DNA of 58,080 nt, the filler included, from Bdellovibrionales bacterium RIFOXYD12_FULL_39_22 (GTDB lineage: Bacteria; Bdellovibrionota; Bacteriovoracia; Bacteriovoracales; Bacteriovoracaceae): assembly GCA_001770205.1 (NCBI GenBank). It is 2 parts of 2 records of this genome, joined end to end, with 100 filler letters (N's around TTAATTAATTAA, not from the genome) between each part and the next. Parts side by side here need not be neighbours in the genome. Positions count along the whole stretch, not along the records: positions 29,831 to 58,080 come from MEQL01000045.1; 1 more part is not named here. One strand, given 5' to 3'. Below, one piece after another: positions 50,470-58,080 of this stretch. The position numbers and the translations under genes were made by a program. The notes under the pieces are model-generated. The model was not told the DNA's origin and did not search any database. It saw only the letters and a program-made list of their open reading frames with translations. Within the stretch, counting starts at the first letter, position 1; each line of letters begins with the position of its first letter.

Positions 50470-53067
50470 ATGAAATTACTAATTATACTGTTGTGCCTAT
50501 CTGTTGGTTTTGTTGGTTGTTCCGGTGACAATCATGGGGGGATAAAAAGTACCAGCGATTTAAATAAAACAGAAGGAATGAGTGATTTGATTCTATCAGA
50601 GACTGCGCATCCAATTATTTATAGTTTCCCGGGTTGCAAGTCTGAGATTCTAAGTGACGAGAATACATTCATCCTTTGCTCTGATCGGGTAGCCTTATTG
50701 AGTAATGATGGTAAAATTCTTTTTAACTACGAACAATATTATTCTAAATACTCCAATCAATTTGAACGCATCGAAGGAGATATTTTTTTAATTAAGTTCC
50801 TGACGCGAAAGCTTGTGAGTCCCAAGGGTGAGATAAAGCTGGATAAAGATTTACTTTATTCCGATTATCTTGGAGTAGAAGATGGGATTATGTACTTCTT
50901 TGAAAATGGTGTTTTGTACCATGTGTCTGTGACTTCTGGTGAAATACTAAAAAAGATAGATGGTTTGCCAAAGGGAGAGAAAGTTTCTCTTCTTGATGGT
51001 AAATTATTAATTCAAAGCACTTCAGATCGATGGCACATTTCTCTTAATGACCCGAAAACTGGAGATAATATTTACTTTTATTCTTATGAAGATTTTCCTA
51101 GCGAAATCGCTAAACTTAAATCAACGATTAAGATAAATGAAGACCTTACGGTTGCAATCTTTGAAGCCAAAATTGCCTCAGGTCAATCCTACGAGTTCTT
51201 ACGATTTTTCTTTAGAAATGGAGACCACAAGGACTTTAAAACTGAGCTTCGAACCAAATTGAACGTGGCAAAGACGTCAAAAAATGAAGTTATTGCGTTT
51301 ACCGATGGTGAAATGGAAACTTCAAGGTTAATCAAATTTAACCTTGAAGGCGAAAAAGTTGGTGAGACGCCACTTGATATTCCAGGTACATACCTCAAGC
51401 AACTAGGATCTGTTTTCTATCATCAAAGTAGTGGACCACTTAGTGTATACAACTCAGAAGGTAAAAAAATTGTTGAAATTGACAATAGTGATGTTGTAAA
51501 TCCAAGCGTTTTTGCAGTAACGACTAAATTTGCGCACGTTCTAATTACTGACAAGGCCTTTGTCGCAATTGATCTTGAAGGTGTAGTTCTTTTTAAAAAG
51601 CAATTTGAGTTTTCATTAGCCAATAGTGCATATCTTGACCAGAAATCTGAATCATTATATGTCGCCAACAAAAATGCCATTGACAAGTATGACCTAAATG
51701 GGAATAAGGAAGTTTCCTATCTGGATTCTCCAATACAGCTGACCAACGTCGTTGGTGTTGATGGCCAAAAAGTATTTGTGCAAACAAATAAGAATGAGGT
51801 ATTAGCTGTCAATTTTGATTCACAAAAAATAGTTTGGAAATATCAAGTTTCAGCACTTCGCCCTATAAAGTTAAAGAGTCCATTTCTAAGGTTACCTTTC
51901 AACTCGGGACTTGCATTCGTTCCCGTTTATGAAAATGTAAGTCCAATATATATAAACACGGCTTCTTCCAATTTATTATCCACTTACAACCAGGGAGCTG
52001 TTGTCGTAACAGGAGATGGACTTAGGTTGTATAACTTACAAAACAAACTTATTAAATTCTTTCCGGTAGCAGGTCTTCATTATTGCCAGGCCTACGATGG
52101 GTTCGTGTCTTGTCGTCAATTTGGGCGTGTTTTTCTATTCAATCTTAAAGATCAGACCTTTAGTTCGAACACAATCCCTGGCGACGCCCCATTGTTATAT
52201 TCTAATGGTCAATTCGTTACCATCAATAACTCAAAATTATATTTTATAAATCGAAGTGGAGAAATTGTAGATACAAAGGATTTAGGGAATGGGTTTTATT
52301 TGTCGGATATGGCCCAATTATTGCCCAATGGTAACTTCCTATTTATAGATACTAGATATGCAGAAATGTTGATAGTCAAACCTAGTGGAGAGGTGGTTAA
52401 GCAATTATATCTTAAAGGTAATGGTGACATTAAAGACGTCAATGTAATAGGTGACGTCCAGCAAGGAAGCATATATGTGAAACAAGTTGATGGATATTAT
52501 TCTCGAACTATTAAGTACGACCTTGCAGGTAATCTTGTGCGAATGTACATGAACTTGATTAATTATATTCCCGTAAACAATTCTGAAATTGACGTTTTGT
52601 GTAGAGAAAGAGGAGACATAATCACTCTATACAATCAGGCAGGCGAAGTCCTGGCCCAAAAGGACTACTATAGTCAATACCCAAATCAGGTGATGCTTTT
52701 TGAAAAGGATGAGAAAAACCCCTGGGTAGCTATTACTCACGAAGCAGCGTACCAAAAAAGAAATTTGTGGTTTTATAATTCACGTTTAGAGAAACAGTTT
52801 GGAATAAAAGGATGGCCCGATCCCGCTGAAGGTACCAGTGGAGATCTTGGAGTTGGTGCACTAATTATCGATGGGAGACTTGTAGACTTTGGTAAAAAGC
52901 GAGTAATTGGTTTGCCCGAAAATGGGGACTATAAACTGAACAGCCAGGCCAACAAAATCTATATTAGCCATAGACTATATTCGTATGAGTCAGCAATTTT
53001 AGCGCTCGACCTTGATCAGATAATTGGTTTAAACGCAGTGAAGTTCGAACTTTCAGAGGAGGAATAA
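50470..53067 (+). CDS. Large lipoprotein, probably multi-beta-propeller
   Basis: Lipobox FVGC; recurring blade-like motifs (KFNLEGE, VYNSEGK, IDLEG, KYDLNG, LYNQAGE); SD AGGAG. Confidence 0.8.
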   Translation: MKLLIILLCLSVGFVGCSGDNHGGIKSTSDLNKTEGMSDLILSETAHPIIYSFPGCKSEILSDENTFILCSDRVALLSNDGKILFNYEQYYSKYSNQFERIEGDIFLIKFLTRKLVSPKGEIKLDKDLLYSDYLGVEDGIMYFFENGVLYHVSVTSGEILKKIDGLPKGEKVSLLDGKLLIQSTSDRWHISLNDPKTGDNIYFYSYEDFPSEIAKLKSTIKINEDLTVAIFEAKIASGQSYEFLRFFFRNGDHKDFKTELRTKLNVAKTSKNEVIAFTDGEMETSRLIKFNLEGEKVGETPLDIPGTYLKQLGSVFYHQSSGPLSVYNSEGKKIVEIDNSDVVNPSVFAVTTKFAHVLITDKAFVAIDLEGVVLFKKQFEFSLANSAYLDQKSESLYVANKNAIDKYDLNGNKEVSYLDSPIQLTNVVGVDGQKVFVQTNKNEVLAVNFDSQKIVWKYQVSALRPIKLKSPFLRLPFNSGLAFVPVYENVSPIYINTASSNLLSTYNQGAVVVTGDGLRLYNLQNKLIKFFPVAGLHYCQAYDGFVSCRQFGRVFLFNLKDQTFSSNTIPGDAPLLYSNGQFVTINNSKLYFINRSGEIVDTKDLGNGFYLSDMAQLLPNGNFLFIDTRYAEMLIVKPSGEVVKQLYLKGNGDIKDVNVIGDVQQGSIYVKQVDGYYSRTIKYDLAGNLVRMYMNLINYIPVNNSEIDVLCRERGDIITLYNQAGEVLAQKDYYSQYPNQVMLFEKDEKNPWVAITHEAAYQKRNLWFYNSRLEKQFGIKGWPDPAEGTSGDLGVGALIIDGRLVDFGKKRVIGLPENGDYKLNSQANKIYISHRLYSYESAILALDLDQIIGLNAVKFELSEEE

Positions 53068-53402
53068 CTTCAAGACGGATCTGACATAATTGATTGCAAT
53101 TTCTGTGTATGCTGGTGATCGCTTTAATCTCACTGTATGTCATTACCTAATAAGGTTTTATAAATTTGAGGTCGATAAAACTAAGCTCAGTGATTTAGGA
53201 CTAGGATTGTAAGCGGTTTGTGCTCGGGAACATTGGCGTATAATGGATCATGTGCAGAAAGGCGAATATTTCTGAGCACGATCACGAACGTTTGAATATG
53301 ACGAGCATTTCCCAGATTTCTAATATTCTTTTCTTTATACAACCAATCTAGTGCCTCAAAATCAATTTCTAACTCATTAATTAAAGATAATTGAATCTTT
53401 TT

Positions 53403-53432
53403 GATGCTTTATGCATCTTATTGGTGTATAAT
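53403..53432 (+). promoter_or_regulatory. Putative TA operator GATGC-N5-GCATC and TATAAT -10 box
   Basis: Arms are conserved in the second copy (57807-57821) while the spacer differs. Confidence 0.6.
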
Positions 53433-53448
53433 AATAGCAGGAGGATTT

Positions 53449-53679
53449 ATGAGTAAAGCAAGAACTGTCAGACTAGATGATGAAATCGATCCACTTGTTG
53501 ATCAATTCCTCGAAAAAAACTCCATCAATCTTAATAAAATGGTAAATATGGCCATCAAAGAATTTATTACCAAGCCACACACGATCGAGCTTGAGCCAAT
53601 CTCTGATGTAGAGTGGGAAAAGGCCACTAAGAAATCTTATAAAAAACATAAGAAGGCCATGATAGAACTATCAAAATGA
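53449..53679 (+). CDS. Ribbon-helix-helix-like antitoxin
   Basis: RTVRLDDEI...NLNKMVNMAIKEF; SD AGGAGG; ATGA overlap with doc. Confidence 0.8.
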   Translation: MSKARTVRLDDEIDPLVDQFLEKNSINLNKMVNMAIKEFITKPHTIELEPISDVEWEKATKKSYKKHKKAMIELSK

Positions 53680-54095
53680 AAATTAAAATCCCAAATGTCG
53701 ATTTGATAATTAAGACAAATAACATTGTAAGTGAAGAGCAGGGCCAAAAATCTGTACTGCTTGATCGAGGTAAAATAGAAAGTGCCCTCTCTACTGCCTT
53801 TTACCCTGGCTCAGAACCTTTTCAGAATGGTGGTGTTGCCAAAATTGCCGGAGTGCTCTGCTTTTACTTAACAAAGGCGCATGCATTCCAAGATGGAAAC
53901 AAAAGAACCGCCACATTAACTGCTATCACATTTATGAATTTAAATGGATGGGATCTTACCTATCCAGAAAATGATGAAGAAAATTATTCAGAACTTGCAC
54001 TTGTGATAAACCAGGCCACGGCCAGCGAAATAACAAAAGATCAATTGATTGCCTGGTTCGATCTACACAAAATTCCATACGACGAAGAGGAATGA
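53676..54095 (+). CDS. doc: Doc (Fic family) toxin
   Basis: HAFQDGNKRT Doc-type motif. Confidence 0.92.
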   Translation: MKIKIPNVDLIIKTNNIVSEEQGQKSVLLDRGKIESALSTAFYPGSEPFQNGGVAKIAGVLCFYLTKAHAFQDGNKRTATLTAITFMNLNGWDLTYPENDEENYSELALVINQATASEITKDQLIAWFDLHKIPYDEEE

Positions 54096-54105
54096 TCATC
54101 CACAT

Positions 54106-54720
54106 TCAGCTAGTTGGTCTTATCTCTACCTTGACATCAAAATGTGCACGTCGAACCATGTCGTTAAGAGCTAAGACAACCCATGATTCTACGGGTTCGC
54201 GCAAACACTTTGCAATTCTCATTGCACGTTCAACGCTGGGAATCTTGCGGCCTTTTTCGAGATCGCGAAGGCCTTGTGGAGTGATCCCCAATTTTTTTGC
54301 AAATTCTCGCTGGCCTTTTTCATCCGCAAGTCTATAGGATTTGAGAGCATTGCCAAATGTTAGTGCGCCAAACTCAGCTTCAAAATCCGAAGTTGTGTAA
54401 TGTTTAGTGGCCATGTTTTGAGACCCCTTCAAAGGAGTGCTCTTGTCGGCCGAATAGTGCTTTTTCTCATAATCGGAAACAAGTTCTGAAAGAGTATTGA
54501 GGTATGTTAAAAGGCCATCGTCCTTTGCCAGCACAACCGATGTACTGCTAAATGTTATTAACTTTTCAATTACCTTAAGTGCTTCTGTGTGTTTGGCCTT
54601 TGTTGTAATAGCAAGAAGTGGATATAAGGCCACAAGCTGTATATAAGAATCACTGACCTTGGCCCGCGCGGTCGGAAGATCCTCTTTCAACGTATCAATC
54701 AATTTTTTTGCGATGCTCAT
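54106..54720 (-). CDS. HigA-like N-terminal fragment fused to an XRE HTH protein (internal ATG at 54414)
   Basis: YLNTLSELVSDYEKKHY (HigA-like); GQREFAKKLGITPQGLRDLEKGRKIPS (XRE HTH). Confidence 0.75.
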   Translation of the reverse strand: MSIAKKLIDTLKEDLPTARAKVSDSYIQLVALYPLLAITTKAKHTEALKVIEKLITFSSTSVVLAKDDGLLTYLNTLSELVSDYEKKHYSADKSTPLKGSQNMATKHYTTSDFEAEFGALTFGNALKSYRLADEKGQREFAKKLGITPQGLRDLEKGRKIPSVERAMRIAKCLREPVESWVVLALNDMVRRAHFDVKVEIRPTS

Positions 54721-54835
54721 AATCTCTCTTTATTCCATTTGTTTGTTTCTGCTGGACCAGTCAAACCACTAACAAAATCTACTCAAGCTCTATCTAGAGA
54801 ATAATCATGTGCGCTTGTCTCCAAGCACTCATCTG

Positions 54836-55162
54836 CTACAACGCAAACGTTGCTTGAAGATGCTTGCTGGCGGTGGCCATCTCCTCGGCCGTGGCCTTGC
54901 CTAATTTTTTTAGAAATCTACTTTTTGAAATTGAACGAATATGCTCTATGCATGCCTGACCTTGTTCATCATTTAGTTTTATAGCTACTCTCGACGGCCA
55001 ATCCTTTAATGATCTTGTCATTGGTAAAACAATAACAGTTCCAAGACCGTTATTCATTGAATTAGGCCCAACGACCAAGCATGGCCTAACGCCATCCTGC
55101 TCACTATCCCGAACTGGATATAATTTAACCTTCCAAATCTCACCATACTGGGGCGTAGTCAT
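54836..55162 (-). CDS. mazF: PemK/MazF family toxin
   Basis: GEIWKVKL.PVRDSEQDGVRPCLVV, VIVLPMT, EHIRSISKSR. Confidence 0.92.
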   Translation of the reverse strand: MTTPQYGEIWKVKLYPVRDSEQDGVRPCLVVGPNSMNNGLGTVIVLPMTRSLKDWPSRVAIKLNDEQGQACIEHIRSISKSRFLKKLGKATAEEMATASKHLQATFAL

Positions 55163-55388
55163 TTTCATCCTCTAGATCAGCATCACTCCATTCTTTATCA
55201 AGTGATGCCTTGCCATTAAATTTCCATTTTGAGTTGTGCGGTAAATAACTCTCTAGCAATACTTTTTTGTTGTCAACGTTGGTAAACTCAAGAAGATCGC
55301 CTTCTTTAACCTGAAGTGACTCCTGAATCTCCTTTGGTAAAATTACTCCTAGTGAATTTCCGATCTTTCTAATTTTAATTGCAGACAT
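55140..55388 (-). CDS. mazE: AbrB/MazE family antitoxin
   Basis: KIRKIGNSLGVILPK...LQVKEGD. Confidence 0.9.
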   Translation of the reverse strand: MSAIKIRKIGNSLGVILPKEIQESLQVKEGDLLEFTNVDNKKVLLESYLPHNSKWKFNGKASLDKEWSDADLEDENDYAPVW

Positions 55389-55405
55389 AATCACCTCTTA
55401 GTATA

Positions 55406-55425
55406 GTTATAACACATGTTATAAC
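55406..55425. promoter_or_regulatory. Putative mazEF operator (two GTTATAAC palindromes)
   Basis: GTTATAAC-ACAT-GTTATAAC directly upstream of the antitoxin SD. Confidence 0.65.
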
Positions 55426-55509
55426 CTAAATCAAGAAGATATTCAAGGCCACAAACAGGCACAATCAACGGTGTCAGTCCCCGAATAGTACCGACCAAGA
55501 TTCAAAATC

Positions 55510-55536
55510 TGGTCAGGTTTTGGTCAGGTCAGTTTG
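55510..55536 (+). repeat. Tandem TGGTCAGG motifs, distal putative arm-type sites
   Basis: TGGTCAGGTTTTGGTCAGGTCAGTTTG; same as 46342-46367 plus one T. Confidence 0.7.
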
Positions 55537-55643
55537 TTAAATCAAATGAAAATGAATGAGAAAAAATGAAGAAGAAAAATGGCAACCCGCTAAATTTATT
55601 CCTATCTTGTTAATATTAAAAACTAAATTTTTCTCAATTTGCT

Positions 55644-55662
55644 TTCCTCTTGGGACCGCCAC
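55644..55662 (+). repeat. att core (distal copy of the tRNA 3' end)
   Basis: Exact match to 46271-46289. Confidence 0.9.
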
Positions 55663-55775
55663 ACACCCGCTAAATACCTGTAATTATTCATAAAATTTCT
55701 AAAAATTACTTGAGCTGTCTGGTTCTGTCTGTTAAGTATCGCGTCAATTTGGTACGAACCTTTTTCAAAAACAGG

Positions 55776-55802
55776 GCTGTCTGGTTTTTAAAACCAGACA
55801 GC
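55776..55802. repeat. 13-bp inverted repeat built from the CTGTCTGG motif
   Basis: GCTGTCTGGTTTT-T-AAAACCAGACAGC; the motif is also tandem at 55714-55731. Confidence 0.7.
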
Positions 55803-55856
55803 TCGGTTTATTCGGTTAATAAGTATAAAATTGAATGCGAAGAGACTTAACAAACA

Positions 55857-56171
55857 CTAGCAGACTTTTTTCAAACGAACTTGTAACTCTAGTCCTAGTG
55901 CCTCTAGAATTTTCACAATGCTTTTGTAAGATGGATTACCATTTTCAGAGAGCATTTTATAAAGTGCCTGCCTATTAATTCCACTCTCATCTGAGATTTT
56001 ACTCATGCCATTTGCTTTTGCGACATCATTTAAAGCATGAACTAAAAACTCACTGTCATTTTCTTCTACCGCAGAATTAATATACTCGGCCGCAAACGCT
56101 GCATCTTGCAACTCCTCCATAAGATGATCTTCAAACCTAATATTCTTTTTAGCTTTTAATAAATCACTCAT
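55857..56171 (-). CDS. Addiction module antidote protein (HI1420-like HTH)
   Basis: AAEYINSAVEE..LVHALNDVAKANGMSKIS..SGINRQALYKMLSENGNP. Confidence 0.9.
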   Translation of the reverse strand: MSDLLKAKKNIRFEDHLMEELQDAAFAAEYINSAVEENDSEFLVHALNDVAKANGMSKISDESGINRQALYKMLSENGNPSYKSIVKILEALGLELQVRLKKVC

Positions 56172-56517
56172 GATCTTGCTCCTTGTACTCTTGATAAAGG
56201 CCAATCGCTTTTACGATATCTCTACCTTGCGTCGATTTGTCTCCACCTATCAGGAGCAGCAACAATTCATTCTCTCTGGTTATGGAAAAATACAATCGAA
56301 GGCCTGGCCCGTATGGTATTCTCATCTCGTAGACCCCTTCGCGAAGATATTTGTAGTCGCCAAGATTTCCGAGGGATGCCCTTTTTATTCGCACCAACAC
56401 TCGGGCCTTTGCGATATTGTCCTTTAATGACCGGAGCCAATCAAGAACAAAGCACCTTCCATCTTTTGTCGTTAAGAACTCTACTTCCCGATTTCTACTC
56501 TCTTCTAATTTTACCAT
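56164..56517 (-). CDS. RelE/ParE-family addiction module toxin (HI1419-like)
   Basis: GNLGDYKYLREGVYEMRIPYGPGLRLYF, LLIGGDKSTQGRDI. Confidence 0.92.
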   Translation of the reverse strand: MVKLEESRNREVEFLTTKDGRCFVLDWLRSLKDNIAKARVLVRIKRASLGNLGDYKYLREGVYEMRIPYGPGLRLYFSITRENELLLLLIGGDKSTQGRDIVKAIGLYQEYKEQDHE

Positions 56518-56751
56518 CACCTATCTCCACTGTCAACTATAGGCGACACGAGTGTAAGTTTTCCACGTGCTACTGTTTTGGGATTTCCATTCACCGTTGC
56601 CATAAAACGCAGGGCTTCGTTCACCGCATTTTTATTGGCCTCACACCGTTCGATGTCTTTTTAGTACTGGGTATATATACATAGGATCATAATTTTCCCG
56701 ATACAAGTTAGAAATTGCTTTTAAGAATTTTAATTCGGATTCGAAACTACA
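56517..56751 (-). pseudogene. Internally deleted remnant of a second integrase, not in the ORF track
   Basis: LKFLKAISNLYRENYDPMYIYPVLKRHRTV matches integrase 1 LKCLKSMLNWYRENYDPMFVNPVLRRHKTV; directly followed in another frame by EANKNAVNE, matching DTNKKAVNE. Confidence 0.85.
56531..56548. promoter_or_regulatory. Imperfect palindrome, putative TA operator
   Basis: TGTC-AA-CTATAG-GC-GACA just upstream of the toxin start. Confidence 0.5.
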
Positions 56752-57283
56752 ACTCTATACCGTTGCCTTGTGGCGGAGAACAAGGCGTACTCATTCCCGC
56801 TTACGTTTGTTGTCCTCGGCCATCTGGAATTTAATCGGTCGGACCTGTCTGACACGAATCTTCTTTTGAAATCGGCTCAACTATAAAAGAAAAATGCCGA
56901 GCGAAACAATCCCTATCCCTGCGGTAGTGGCCCACCACCAGATTCGATTCATTATGAACCAGAACCGGACGGATGGGATTCTGGCTACAAAGGGGCTTAA
57001 CCACCCGTTTATTTTAGCAATATAACAGAGGTTTCAGCTAGAAGCTCGTGAGAGCTTTGTCTTCTGGCCGGCCAAATCCAAGGGATTTCATACACGCGCG
57101 CGTCTTTCGGACTTTTTTCAGTTGGCCAACAATTTTAGTTCTATGATTTTAGGATTTCTGGTAGGATTTCAGAGCGGAGGGTATTTTGAAGACCCCATTT
57201 ATAATTCCTTAACACGTTGTGCAGAACAACAATACAATTCAGCGAGCGATCAAACGTGACGACGCCCAACTGCGAGGTAACTC

Positions 57284-57610
57284 ATGCGAGTGAGCAAGTG
57301 TCACATACGGAGTTTAGGCATCTACGCCCTGCTAATCGTGTATTGGTTAGTGGTGGGGGGGGGCTTTCGAGAACATGGAGGAGAAAAAATGCTCACACAA
57401 GACGAGGTAATTGCAGTCGCAGTAAAGGAGTTGGCCAAACAAGGACACGTAGCCATCGAGTACGACATCACTGTTGAGGCCAACCCTGGCAACGAGAATG
57501 AGTTGATCGTCTGGTTCGATCTAAAGGGTGCATTTCGGATTCCGGGAGGTAAACACGCCGTGATCGTTGACAAGCGCACCAGGCATGCCGAGTTCATGGC
57601 CGGTGAGTGA
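57284..57610 (+). CDS. Small hypothetical protein (alternative start 57389), possibly immunity-like
   Basis: GC-richer than its flanks; GGAGGAG before ATG 57389; PGG.HAVIVDKRT C-terminus. Confidence 0.55.
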   Translation: MRVSKCHIRSLGIYALLIVYWLVVGGGFREHGGEKMLTQDEVIAVAVKELAKQGHVAIEYDITVEANPGNENELIVWFDLKGAFRIPGGKHAVIVDKRTRHAEFMAGE

Positions 57611-57852
57611 TAGTAGCCTCCATCAGGGGCTCATGCCGTAGTAGTGTTGGTATTAGTCTGTCATTGGGGCCCCGCGTCTACGGCCCTGCGTCAAAAAAAA
57701 ATCAGCAAAAGATGTGGGTTAAGCTAAGAATCACAATTATTCTTTTGCAATTCTTCCTTCGAACCAACACCCTAAGTCATTAGTTTATGGCAAATTAAAT
57801 CTTTTTGATGCAAAGTGCATCTTATTGGTGTATAATGACAGCAGGAGGATTT

Positions 57853-58080
57853 ATGAGTAAAGCAAGAACCGTCAGACTAGATGATGAAATCGATCCACTT
57901 GTTGATCAATTCCTCGAAAAAAACTCCATCAACCTTAATAAAATGGTAAATATGGCCATCAAGGAATTTATTACCAAGCCACATACGATCGAGCTTGAGC
58001 CAATCTCTGATGTAGAGTGGGAAAAGGCCACTAAGAAATCTTATAAAAAACATAAGAAGGCCATGATAGAACTATCAAAA
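57853..58080 (+). CDS. Second copy of the RHH-like antitoxin (stop codon just beyond the window)
   Basis: Protein identical to 53449-53679; 4 synonymous nucleotide differences. Confidence 0.85.
   Translation, partial: MSKARTVRLDDEIDPLVDQFLEKNSINLNKMVNMAIKEFITKPHTIELEPISDVEWEKATKKSYKKHKKAMIELSK

Larger units (their letters stand above)
46271..55662. mobile_element. Integrative element (~9.4 kb) in the tRNA-Arg(CCT) 3' end
   Basis: 19-bp direct repeat TTCCTCTTGGGACCGCCAC at 46271-46289 and 55644-55662; integrase and Xis adjacent to the tRNA. Confidence 0.9.
55644..58080. mobile_element. Second, decayed sister element in tandem (extends past the window end)
   Basis: Left-end layout parallels element 1; integrase remnant; duplicated antitoxin. 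Confidence 0.65.

Noticed and set aside
46437..55662. Prophage
   Set aside because: No capsid, terminase, tail or lysis genes between the att sites
56313..56684. 123-aa plus-strand ORF
   Set aside because: Antisense to the toxin gene and integrase remnant; no recognisable motif
57166..57178. 13-bp inverted match to 46321-46333 (TCCGCTCTGAAAT)
   Set aside because: Matches of this length are expected by chance in 58 kb; no transposase or target duplication
1..58080. CRISPR array or cas genes
   Set aside because: No regularly spaced 23-47-bp repeat series or Cas motif seen by eye

Overview
The window joins three sequence blocks separated by assembly gaps: 112 N at 4424-4535, and N44-TTAATTAATTAA-N44 at 29731-29830. 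Block 1 (1-4423) is visibly more GC-rich and holds a TPR-TPR-ExbB-ExbD-ExbD cluster, a layout reminiscent of PVC bacteria (inference). Blocks 2 and 3 are AT-rich and resemble Bdellovibrionota/Bacteriovoracia in gene content (inference). Block 2 holds tRNA-Arg(TCG) next to a recombinase remnant, a group 3b NiFe-hydrogenase operon whose large subunit has a Lys-rich N-terminal tail, prkA-yeaH-spoVR, PP2C, an M23 peptidase, secA, glpD, PilZ, and a DUF4143-type ATPase preceded by a 68-bp palindrome with perfect arms. Block 3 holds tRNA-Leu(TAA), a soluble NuoB-CD-G-I-like module that has lost the quinone-site residues, secreted Cys-rich proteins, three pilin-like paralogs and tRNA-Arg(CCT). A ~9.4-kb element bounded by 19-bp att repeats is integrated in tRNA-Arg(CCT). 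It carries a frameshifted tyrosine integrase, Xis, a large hairpin with phased repeats, a Replic_Relax-like protein, an ECF sigma/anti-sigma pair, a lipoprotein and toxin-antitoxin (TA) pairs. A decayed sister element follows it in tandem. All calls come from reading motifs by eye; no database searches were run.
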